The translations under genes were made by a program, and so were the position numbers. A stretch of DNA of 54,374 bases, filler included, from Streblomastix strix (Eukaryota), in NCBI GenBank assembly GCA_008636045.1. It is 2 parts of 2 records of this genome, joined end to end, with 100 filler letters (N's around TTAATTAATTAA, not from the genome) between each part and the next. Parts side by side here need not be neighbours in the genome. Positions count along the whole stretch, not along the records: positions 1 to 27,150 come from SNRW01000149.1; 1 more part is not named here. One strand, 5' to 3'. The notes below the pieces were generated by a model that worked only from the letters and a program-made list of their open reading frames with translations, ran no database searches and had not been told where the DNA came from. Below, piece after piece: positions 11,904-22,221 of the stretch. The first letter of the stretch is position 1. The number at the start of each line of letters is the position of its first letter.

Positions 11904-12692
11904 ATGGCGAGTTTAACATAAAAAGTTGATAATATATTAAAAGAAATAAAAATGAATAAGCACGAAATTTAAACAACTATTAATAAATATTTAAATTTTA
12001 CATATAATTCTGTAAATTTTTTAATAGGTTAGCTCGGCAGTGGAATGACGTATAATGTCTTCAAAGAATTAATAAAATTAAGTTAATTAAAAAAACATTA
12101 TTATATTTTGTTCATATACGTCAACGACTCAAATAATGACACCACTTATAAAAAGTTGAAGGATTTAATTAAAATACCGACTAACATTATTCCATATGCC
12201 GAAGCGGATTAAGTGTTAAATGATTTGATAGAATGTAAATAAGCGTATGATGAAATTTAAGAAAAATAACTATAAAAAGAGCTAACGGGAGAATCAAAAA
12301 ATGATATTTTAACCAATGTATTTGGAGCTAGTGGAGAAAGTAATTTTGACGAAAAATTTCCTCTTACAATTGTTGTATTTGACGATGCAATGAGTATATT
12401 TAAAAATAAAAATAATCCACTGTTTAAAAAGTTAATTAAGAACAGATAGCCCAGAATAACATACTTTCTTTGTTTATAGGACATCATTGGTTTAGATGCT
12501 GCGATTAAATCAAATCTTGATTCTCTGTGGTTCTTCGGTTCATTTAACAGATTAAAATTTAATTAATTTTTCTATTAATCTTCTATACCATCAGATAAAG
12601 AAACAATATGGTATGAGTATATGCGACTAACTAAATAATTAGCATTAGTGGTATAATATGAAATGATTGGAACAGTTGTAAAAATAATCTGA
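11904..12692 (+). CDS. A32-like (FtsK/HerA) DNA-packaging ATPase, 262 aa, open frame but Walker A Lys changed to Met
   Basis: Walker A GQLGSGMT (B copy: DQRGIGKT), Walker B IVVFDD, Arg-finger/sensor KNRQPRITYFLCLQ. Confidence 0.9.
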
Positions 12693-12704
12693 AAAATTAA
12701 TAAA

Positions 12705-12792
12705 TTGGCCAGTTGTCCAGTTGGCCACAGCTTTTTATAAAAGTTTTTGACTCAATCCACCCAATCCACACGGTGCAGTCATAAGTCGTTCA
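12705..12792 (+). repeat. A-type intergenic motif between the convergent ATPase and KilA-N genes
   Basis: TTGGCCAGTTGTCCAGTTGGCCACAGCTTTTTATAAAAGTTTTTGACTCAATCCACCCAATCCAC. Confidence 0.95.
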
Positions 12793-13018
12793 AAAATTAC
12801 TTATAATCTCTATATATTGGCTATCTAGTGATATTTTTTAATAATTTATTTGTATGTTCTTTTTCATTAATCAATTATAACAATTTACTTGCATTAATAT
12901 ATCCATCTTTTTCTCGAATTATTATATTGAATCCGTTATAAGAGCCTAGAGTGAAATTTTCATTACTTGAAATAATTGATTAAATTGCTTTGCTGTTTTG
13001 CTCATTCGCTGATTCCAT
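12779..13018 (-). CDS. KilA-N-like DNA-binding protein, 79 aa, probably truncated at the motif
   Basis: FTLGSYNGFNIIIREKDGYINASKLLQ matches the KilA-N N-terminal signature; the stop lies inside the motif. Confidence 0.75.
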
Positions 13019-13245
13019 TTTATATATTGTTAAAAAGTTGAATTTATATACTAATAAAACGATTAATTTTAAAATTATATTTATTTGAACATTAATTAGT
13101 CCTTCCTTTTTTGAGGCGGACAGCATTTCATTAGTTTCTTCATAAAATTTCTAGGGGGTGTTTTTACTCCCTAGCATGGCCCGATGATTTGAACAAAAAT
13201 ATACGCGTCAATGAGCCCGAGCTAAACAGCACGGGCTAGTTCTCA

Positions 13246-13641
13246 TCAATTTTCCAGCATCAACTCAAGAACAAATTTTAGTTATAATTAATTTATATCC
13301 AATAATTCTTAATTTTAACGGAATCATACATATAAATGTATGTTGTGCGAGTATTGGATGAAAGGATTATAGACCCGATATTCATTACAATAGCCAACAA
13401 ACTAATCGAAATATTATTATTCTAGAATTATTGAACTATGAACGCTTATGTTCTTGTTATTGCGTTACTTTGAACAATGACACCAGCAAAATATTATTTT
13501 TCTTTAATTATCAGAATTTACGAACGCATATGGTAATGCAAAACCAACTCCATTTTAACCATTTTCTCCGATAACAACTCCATCATCTTATGTCAAAGTA
13601 TAATATTTTAAGTTTTATGCTGAAGTAATATTTGAAGCCAT
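13246..13641 (-). pseudogene. Probable minor capsid (penton-like, single jelly-roll) protein, 131 aa, one TGA
   Basis: Beta-rich, ends LKFVLELMLEN*, lies directly downstream of the MCP; homologue at 29661-30059; function inferred from position and C-terminal motif. Confidence 0.6.
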
Positions 13642-13782
13642 TTATTACGAAATAAATAAAAAATAATTAATGCGCATATAACTAATGACCTATTTAATTA
13701 ATCATATTATTAATCTTTAGGTGTTAGTTATATATATAAATAAAATAATAAAAAATGTATAAGCGTAAACGGACTAGTTCGT

Positions 13783-15504
13783 TCATCCTGTAGACGGTCC
13801 AATAACCTCATCAAATGAATGGTTTGTATCATATATGTAGCTTCAGCCCGCAGCAGGTGAAAACAACCAAAATGCATCATGAACTATGAATAAAAATAGG
13901 AGGTGGCGGTCTCTTTCCGCTTGTATCGACATTATAGTATGAATCTGTTGCTCCTTAATATATTGGCGCTCCTTTGAGTTCGACAGATGTGTTTTAGTTC
14001 TGAGTGTCCAGTCCGTCAAAAGTTAGTGCTCCGTCGCTGTTGCTTTCACATTAAAGAGTTATCAAAAAGCTTGTTAAATCGGTGTAAGGATTCAGTCTTA
14101 GGGTTGCTGTATTTCTTGTTGTTGTCAAATCATCTTCGAATTCTTAGGAGGCTTCGAATATCAGGTCAAGATTAGACGCATTGAGTTATAATTAGAAGAA
14201 TTATTAGTCAGGAGTATTCATATGCATATCTGTAAAGTTGTGACAACAGGTGGTTACTTGCGTGTTCTGATAGTAAGGATTTTCAAAGCAAGTCGTAGCT
14301 CTTGCATCTTTCGGAAATAGCAGCCAGAAGTCGGTTACGTGAGACATAGAAATATTTTAAGATGTTTGTATTCCCGTTAATGTAGCGGACGTTGTAAATG
14401 GCCATACTTCCACACGTTGAGTGGGAACCACAAATTGACGTTAGCAGTAGAATTATCGGACTCAATTTAGGCATGCATCAGTAGCTTTATAACCTGCCAT
14501 GTTAGCCGTGACCTCTGTTATGGCATAATTTTTTATGCTTATGGTAACAGGTTTGATGTCACATACTAAGTTCTTCAGTCCTGATTCAGTTAGTAGTTCC
14601 GCATGTAGTCCCGTTATCAAATCGGCTGTGCATCCTAAATATGTAAATTATTTTGTATATTAGAAAGTCAGATTTTAATTTCTGAACATCAAATCGATAT
14701 CCATTAGCTTCGACTGACTATTATCCAATAACTCATCTTTATTCATTGTTTAATATTTAGCCATTGAAATAATTGGATTCATTTGACAGAAAACGAATGC
14801 ATGAGGATTTATTTTGAATTTTATTTTTAATCACCAAATAAGCCATTAGGATAATCAGTGAATGCAGAGAATATCAGGAAGTCATCAAATGGAATGCTAA
14901 ACCTGAAACGTATTGGAATTGTATATTGAACAGCTGTTTGGTTTCCTATTAGCTCTTCAATCTCTCGCATACTTATATGTGTTCCACACGTTGAAGTATC
15001 AAAATTATGAATATTTTCATATAAAGAATGAATATGTTTTCTATTATTTTTCTCACTTTTTGGCTTGATTGTGTTATAAATGAATGATTCAATTGTTGTG
15101 TCATTCTATAGACTTCCATCAATAGTTTTACCTCTATGATAAATGGTATATTCTCTAATAAGATTTGAACCTGATTTGAGACTTACAAATAGAACCAATC
15201 CGTCTTCATATGATTCGTCAATTTTATCAAATTTATCATCGAGTTAGATATTGGCAGTTAGCACTATCGACAAGAACGAATTTTATATATATTTGATGTC
15301 ATGGTCTATGTCTGATAAACTAATGATTATCTCCTTATCAAATAATGCTGGCATTTATGATTCTGGTTTAATTTTTTTGATTGAATAATGATGTTTTCTG
15401 TCATTGGTGAATGGAACAACGGCATTACCTAATAATGTTTCTTCAATGGTCCCTTCTTGTTGAAAATGAGTGGCTTTCATTAAGAATCTATTCATCCTAT
15501 ACAT
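13783..15504 (-). pseudogene. Probable double-jelly-roll major capsid protein (~575 aa), with one TGA and 3' frameshifts
   Basis: Best-conserved gene between A and B; segments IPFDDFLIFSAFTDYPNGLFGD-KIKFKINP, FVVPTQRV, LTFDGLD, RPPPPI; size and context fit a divergent Polinton MCP. Confidence 0.7.
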
Positions 15505-15595
15505 TCAATAAAAAAATGAAATAGTTAAATAAATACTCAATGAAATAAAAATCTGTTATTGAAACATCGATAGTGAAATATAAAAGTTCATGATT

Positions 15596-15708
15596 TTGGC
15601 ACTGATAATTGATGCAGTTTATTAATGACATTTGACTGAACCGAGTGGATTGGGTGGATTGAGTTAAAACTTTTATAAAAAGCTGTAGCCAACTGGACAA
15701 CTGGCCAA
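15596..15708 (-). repeat. A-type intergenic motif upstream of the MCP
   Basis: Reverse-orientation copy GAGTGGATTGGGTGGATTGAG...GCCAACTGGACAACTGGCCAA. Confidence 0.92.
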
Positions 15709-15749
15709 TAATTGAGAAAAAATAAATATTCCTAACCTAATAAATTGAA

Positions 15750-16082
15750 CATTAATTTTATTATTTTTCATTGGTTTTATAATTATATTCTTCGACTCTG
15801 TATATCAATTGGTAATTTTTATCTTAAATATTCGTCGTTTCTCAATGTTTCAAAATCTTATCTAAATTAACCATTTTTATCTGCACCATAGCCATAATCA
15901 AGAAATGAACTAGCAACATCTAAACCTTTGCATATTGTTTAGCCGACAGGACCTAGTGCTCCAAGTATCGGTTTTGCAAACGGTTTTATGAGCGGTTTAT
16001 AAACGCTATCATTAGCTCATTAAAGATCCTTCCTTACTTTTTGAACTAATAGCTTTATTTTTGAGAATATGCCTACAGCCAT
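15750..16082 (-). pseudogene. Small protein with N-terminal amphipathic basic helix (~105 aa; 3' end uncertain; one TGA at a Trp position)
   Basis: MAVGIFSKIKLLVQKVRKDLQ*ANDSVYKPLIKPFAKPILGALGPVGQTICKGLDVASSFLD; homologue at 27379-27681. Confidence 0.7.
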
Positions 16083-16165
16083 GATTTAGTTGTAATAAAA
16101 ATAAAATTTTATGTATATTATTTTGGATTTGAATAAATGAATTTTTTATTAATGTTTTCTCACTT

Positions 16166-16279
16166 CTGGCAGAATGGCAGGCTGGCAGCAATTTTTTATA
16201 AAAGTTTTTGACTCGGAACACTCGAAACACTCGGAACAGTCATAAGTCATTCACTACCTATTCCATTTGCGCGTGCCAA
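16166..16279 (+). repeat. B-type intergenic motif located inside element A
   Basis: CTGGCAGAATGGCAGGCTGGCAGC...GACTCGGAACACTCGAAACACTCGGAACAG matches the B copies (e.g. 40757-40861, including the upstream flank CTCACTTC), not the other A copies. Confidence 0.92.
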
Positions 16280-16304
16280 AATAATGCTTTCTATTACTGT
16301 TTTT

Positions 16305-17885
16305 TCACAAATAATACATTCCACTGGCACAATATTTATAAACATCAGATAAATCCATTGGTATAGACTCTTATGGTTCAGATAATTAAAAGTATAGCAT
16401 TTTGAATTATGAATTTACAATAAAATAATTCACTGACAAATTATTCTATCTTCCGCCCTTTGTTCTATATACAGCTGCAGGGAAGCTCAAACTTTTACCA
16501 TCAGCTGATAATATAGATTCAGGAAAACGACCAACCTCCCACGTTCTCCCATCTAAACCTTTTGATTCGAAATAGAGATTGAATACGCATACTCTGCAAG
16601 TGCCATCATCAACGATATAGAACGTATTATACGCTGATGAAGGGAACAAATCATTTATCATAAACTAATTATAGACATTTGTTTTCGTATATTGTGGTTG
16701 TGGCGATGAACCTAATTATTTTTCATGTTTTTTTATTACTTCATCGATGTGAGATTCTACATCATCAGGTGCTGACTCTTTGGTGTTTGTGTCGTTGGTG
16801 TAATTATCAAGGATATATGTTCCTTGAAATTCACAATCCAACGTATTTAATTATCCACTAACGGCTACCTAAACAGCAGACGATTTATCATACTTATCCT
16901 TGAACAAACATATAGCAGAAAATTCCTGTTATTCGACATGAATAGGCATATATTTAGTATTTGGTGGTAGTAATTTTTTACTGATTGTCGAAAATAATTT
17001 ATACACAGTCTATTATACTTCATAATTAGCGCCTAATTGTGCCAATTTTGCTCCAAAGCTATAAGTGAAAAATGGACCGTCTTTAGTGAAATATGAGGCT
17101 CTATCTGCTTTATAAATCGCTAATTCATTCATTAATTTAATTTCACTTTTCAAATAATTAGTTCTATTTAGCCCTTAAACTCCTGCCTCGATTAAATCAG
17201 TTTATTTTTTCACAGTTTCATAGGCATACGATTATGCTTCAAATTATCCTTTTCCATTAACATTCCAAGTGTCCATAATGTCAATTTTTCCGTCATTATT
17301 AGCATCATAATTTATTTTCTTTGATGATTCATAATTTTTATAATATGTAATGTTAGGCACGAGAGCAGTATTTGATGGCAGCCACCGAGAACTTATAATA
17401 AATGGTTTCCCTTAATCGATATAACAAAATATATTATATGTATTAGATGCGTCTGTTCCAACTAATGCAATCACTTAATCACCCATTTTTGGTCTCGCTT
17501 CAGGGGGATAATTTTTAAATAAATAGCTGTTCGGAAATATACTTGTTGTTGCATATGATACTGTCAATGTAATCCTATCACCATAAACGATTAACTATGG
17601 ATCTGAACCACTGGAAGCTAAGAAACTTTAACGCTCTAATTATGAACTCAAATCCAATTTCGTTATTGCATTCGGCACTGGTGGCACGAACTCTTCATTT
17701 GATGCGTAGATTATATCATCGTTATTTTTCACTTGTTATTGCAGAGTTTGGTCCCCAATTGGAACAGGTTGTGGTAATTCACCAATGGGCTTAGGATAAC
17801 ATTCTTTGATATATGCATATAACTCTGGGAAGTCAGATAAACCAGTTGCGTCTAATAATCTTTCATCGATATAAACGTTCGACAT
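16305..17885 (-). CDS. Intact 526-aa beta-rich protein, candidate fibre head or receptor-binding protein
   Basis: Uninterrupted code-6 frame MSNVYIDERLLD...ASGMYYL*; repeated beta modules (RITLTVSY...YPPEARP; RVCVFNLYF...VGRFPESI); loop YDANNDGKIDIMD; function inferred. Confidence 0.65.
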
Positions 17886-17980
17886 TTATATTCAATACAA
17901 ATAAATAATTAATCCAAACAATTTCAAGCAACTAAATATTTTAGCGTTAGTATTTAATAATTATTATTTTATAATTGTCA

Positions 17981-20900
17981 TCAATTTGCAGCAGGATATA
18001 TAACGGTAATGTATGTTGAAGCGGCACCAGCCAAACCCGCTGTTCCAGTTAGTGCTTTAATAGTTATTGTAACCTTTCCATCAATTCCAAATCTGAAATT
18101 TGCAACATGAGGTGCAGAGGCAGCAAAAACTATATCATTTGCATAAAATAAATACTTTGGAAATCCAGCGTTTTCAAGTGTGCAAACAGCAACTGATGCA
18201 TTAGATGCTCTTACTCCATTACGCATAAATATATAACCGTAATAATTGATAAGTGATCCATATCTATAACACTTTAATGACATTATTGAATTTGGTGAAA
18301 CTGTATTATTTGTATAAGAAATATTTACTAATTCTAATCCTCCAAATGAGGATATCAAAGCATCACCTCCACCAGCCAATAAAACTGACATATCATCCTT
18401 GCCTGATTTTATAAATCATGTTGCTGTTAGATTACAATTAATAGAACAGCTATAGATAGATGATACGAATTCACTTTTAACTGCTCATAATGTTATATAA
18501 TCATCATCTGTTGGTTCAGGATATAGTTAATCTAGTGTTGTTTTTCGTAAAATTCCTTAAATATCTTATACATCATCATCTTTTTTTACATAGTTTGAAT
18601 CATCAACGCTTCCATCGAACTCAGAGATTGGTTTTGTTCCACCAGCTCCAAGTAATGCAACGCTATCATCTGTTCCAGATTTAACAAATGATGCGCCTTT
18701 ATTTGTTGCCATTCCATCGATAGAATTTTTGAATCTACAAGCATTATTGAATGTCTAGTTTGCAGTTATTGTCTATGAAGTGCTTAAGGTCATATAATCA
18801 CTTAAATCAACATCTCCAACTTCAATTTATGATATCAAATAATCAGTTTCTGTTTTGGTATAAGTGGTTGATTGATTTGCCTTCAACAACAACAGAGCAT
18901 CATTTTCTCCTTTAGTCTATGCATCGATTTAATCGCAAATGTTTAATTTATCATCGAGTAGGGCATCGACGTCGGTTTTATTGTAAGCATCAATCAATTA
19001 TGTTTTATCAGCCTTCAACAACAACAGAGCATCAGCTTCTCCTTTTGTGTATGAAACACCTGATTCAGCTTTATTATTTAAAGGATTATTTGTTTCTATT
19101 TTTGTATATGCATCAATCAGTTATGTTTTATCAGCCTTCAATAACAGCAACGCATCATCTTCTCCCTTAGTATAAGCATCAATTTAATCGTTAATGTTTA
19201 ATTTTAAATTAAATTTTTAATCTGTTTCAGTTTATGAATATGTTTATGATTTATTGTAATAGTTTGAAAAACCGACGCTTGCATTTATGTTCTATATTGA
19301 CTTAACAACACCACAAGCACAAACAACAATAACGTTATCGTAGCTTTGAACCATTATTCCGACTGAGTGGATAGTTGTATTAAACGTCTTTTAACCTGTA
19401 ATAGTTTCATCATAGTTAGTCATAATAAATGAACTATTTTTCGCGGGTACTAATGTATTTCCATCAAATGATAAATCTATTATTGCATTACCTCCTCCTG
19501 TAGCAGTTCCAAGCATAGTCATAATGTTACTCATATCTAGAAGTTCTGTTTCTAGTGCTCAAAGAATAGTGCCATCCCACCAATAATCCATGACCTATTT
19601 ATCCACTATATATAAATTATCACCAATTGCTAATTTTGCAACATTTTCCTAATATTCCATCCAAGTGTTCATCTCATATGTTGTCGCAAAGACATATCCT
19701 TTTGATTTGCCTGAAGTGATATCTCGCACTTCTTATAATTGTGACTATGATATTTATGAGCTTATTAACATATTACCACTGCCAGCAAGAAGAATAGAAG
19801 CATCATTTTTACCCGCTTTCGCAAATGCTGCAGCACTAACATTTGAATTGAATTATTTTTGATCTGTTATTGTTTGAGCCGAAGTTAAATTAACATAATC
19901 CGCTAACTCTGATTTTTCAGCCTTTAACAACAGGAACGCATCATCTACTCCTTTAATGTAAGCAACAATTTAATCAGTTATATTTAATTTTTCATCAAGT
20001 AGGGCATCGACTTCAGTTTTTGAATAAGCATCAATTAGCTCTGTTTTATCAGCCTTCAATAGCAGCAACGCATCATCTTCAGTCTTCGAATATGCATCAA
20101 TTTAATCAGAAATATTTAATTTTAATGCTAACAACTCATCGGTTTCTGTCTTTGAATAAGCATCAATTTGCTCGGTTTTATCAGCCTTCGATAATAGCAG
20201 ATCATCGGCTTCAATTTTATTGTAAACATCAATTAGCTCAGTTTTATCAGCTTTCAACAGCAGCAACGCATCGGCTTCAGTTTTAATGTAAGCATCGATT
20301 TAATCAGAAATATTTAATTTTAATGCTAACAACTCATCGGCTTCTGTCCTTGAATAAACATCAATGAGTTCTGATTTATCAGCCTTCAACAATAGCTCCG
20401 CATCATCTTCTTATTTGGTGTATGCATCGATATAATCGGATATATTTAATTTTTCATCGAGTAGGGCATCGGCTTCTGTCTTCGAATATGCATCGATTAG
20501 CTCGGTTTTATCAGCCTTTAACTACAGCAATACATCGGTTTCAGTTTTAGTATAAGCTTCAATTAGCTCAGTTTTATCTGCCTTCAACAACAGCAACGCA
20601 TCATCTTCTTATTTGGCGTATGCATCGATTTAATCGGATATATTTAATTTATTGTCTAGTAGGGCATCGACTTCAGTTTTATTGTATGCATCGATTTAGT
20701 CAGTAATATTTAATTTGTCGTCGAGTAGAGCATCGGCTTCAATTTTCGAATATGCATCAATGAGCTCTCATTTATCAGCCTTCAATAGTAACAAAGCAGC
20801 ATCTTCATATTTGGTGTATGCATCGATTTAATCAGAAATATTTAATTTTTTATCTAATATTTAATCAATTTCTTCACAATTATAAGGTTCAGGTGCTTCA

Positions 20901-21031
20901 TTTATTATACTAATTAAATTTTCAATATTTTTTACTTCGTTAATTAGGCCAATAGTGTTATATTTACTTGAACCATAAAGCACTTAATCATGATTTAACA
21001 CAACATCAAACATATGCAAATCTCCGTCCAT
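17981..21031 (-). pseudogene. Fibre-like protein (~1,016 aa) with 22-aa tandem repeats and a C-terminal knob; at least 4 in-frame TGA
   Basis: Repeats DAYTKxExDALLLLKADKTELI / DAYxKxExDALLDDKLNIxDQI; spacers FVKSGTDDSVALLGAGG; C-terminus KCYRYGSLINYYGYIF...ITVIYPAAN*. Confidence 0.75.
19900..20870 (-). repeat. 66-bp coding tandem repeat array, about 15 units (a second shorter block lies at ~18850-19260)
   Basis: Recurring TTTTATCAGCCTTCAA and ATATTTAATTT units at 66-bp spacing. Confidence 0.9.
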
Positions 21032-21062
21032 TTTATAAAGATAAAAATAATTTTTTATGGCA

Positions 21063-21619
21063 TCATATTTTATTTAACACAGTTATTAATCCTTTTGATA
21101 CTGCACTAATAATTTTGCTTGTTATTTCTCCTAAATCTAAAATACTTGTTATTTTTCTATTTTTTATAAACATATTTTATAGTTATCCCTTAATAAATTT
21201 ACTTTTTCGACGTTTAGCTTTAATATATTTACGTTTCCAATTAATATCTCATTTAATATTTAAGTAGAATAATTGCAAAACCTACCACGACATCCTTCGT
21301 CCTCTATATTCAATTAAATTTAACTTTCTGGGACGTCAAAAGTGGAAACAACTACCAGAATCAATTAATTTTCAGAAAAAACGGAATGCGCTGATTCTTT
21401 AATCATGTGCTCGTCTTCACTAATGATATCCAATAACCAACGACACACTGAAGGGTCTGAAGTTAAAGTTTCTTAAAATATTGAACTTCTTCGCCTTGCT
21501 GACAGAGTTGGCGTTTCAAATCTGATAACCTACGCCTGAAATGGTTGCTGAAATGGATCAGCTTCTTTTTCAAATTAAGGTTCTACTTCTGGAATAGTTG
21601 GACTCATCATTTTAATCAT
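21063..21619 (-). pseudogene. Hypothetical protein (~185 aa) with one apparent frameshift near 21265
   Basis: MIKMMSPTIPEVEPQFEKEADPFQQPFQAQVIRFETPTLSARRRSS...ITVLNKI*; no recognised motif. Confidence 0.5.
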
Positions 21620-21985
21620 GTTAAAAACAAATAATTATTCATGTCAAATAAAATCGAAAATTGAGCCTAATCAATAGACTCAGATTGAGCTAAAAAGGTA
21701 ATATTCGGAATCAGCGCTTATGAATTGAGTATATAGTTGATAATCAAATGATTTTAAAATTTCATGAAAATAAAATTATTTTTTTTATTGTTTAATTTTT
21801 TAATTTCTATATATAATGACTGTAAAAATTTAAGCCAAAAAATAAGTCAAAATATTAATGTTTCCATATTGCCTTGAGAATGATGTTTATGTGCAATGTT
21901 GATATGTAGAATTCAAAAATGACGTTTAAATCGAAATCTTGAAAGGTTGATGAATCCGTATTTTGCAATATAAAAGTATATGATT

Positions 21986-22100
21986 TTGGCACGAGAAAAT
22001 AGAATAGGAGATGAATGACTTTTGACTGGACCGAGTGGATTGGGTGGATTGAGTCAAAAACTTTTATAAAAAAGCTGTGGCCAACTGGATAACTGGCCAA
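21986..22100 (-). repeat. A-type intergenic motif upstream of the primase-helicase
   Basis: Near-identical to the TIR copy. Confidence 0.95.
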
Positions 22101-22221
22101 TTTATTAATAAATAAAATAAAATTATGCAAAAAATAAAAAATTGAAAAAATAAAAAAATAAACTTATTTTAAAAATAAACGAGTTTGTTTTATACAAATT
22201 TAACTTTTTAACAATATATAA

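Noticed and set aside
19900..20870. CRISPR-like array
   Set aside because: 66-bp units are in-frame coding repeats without unique spacers; no cas genes; eukaryotic context
21620..21960. Additional small ORFs between the structural block and the primase
   Set aside because: Short, interrupted by TGA, and no homologue in the window to support them
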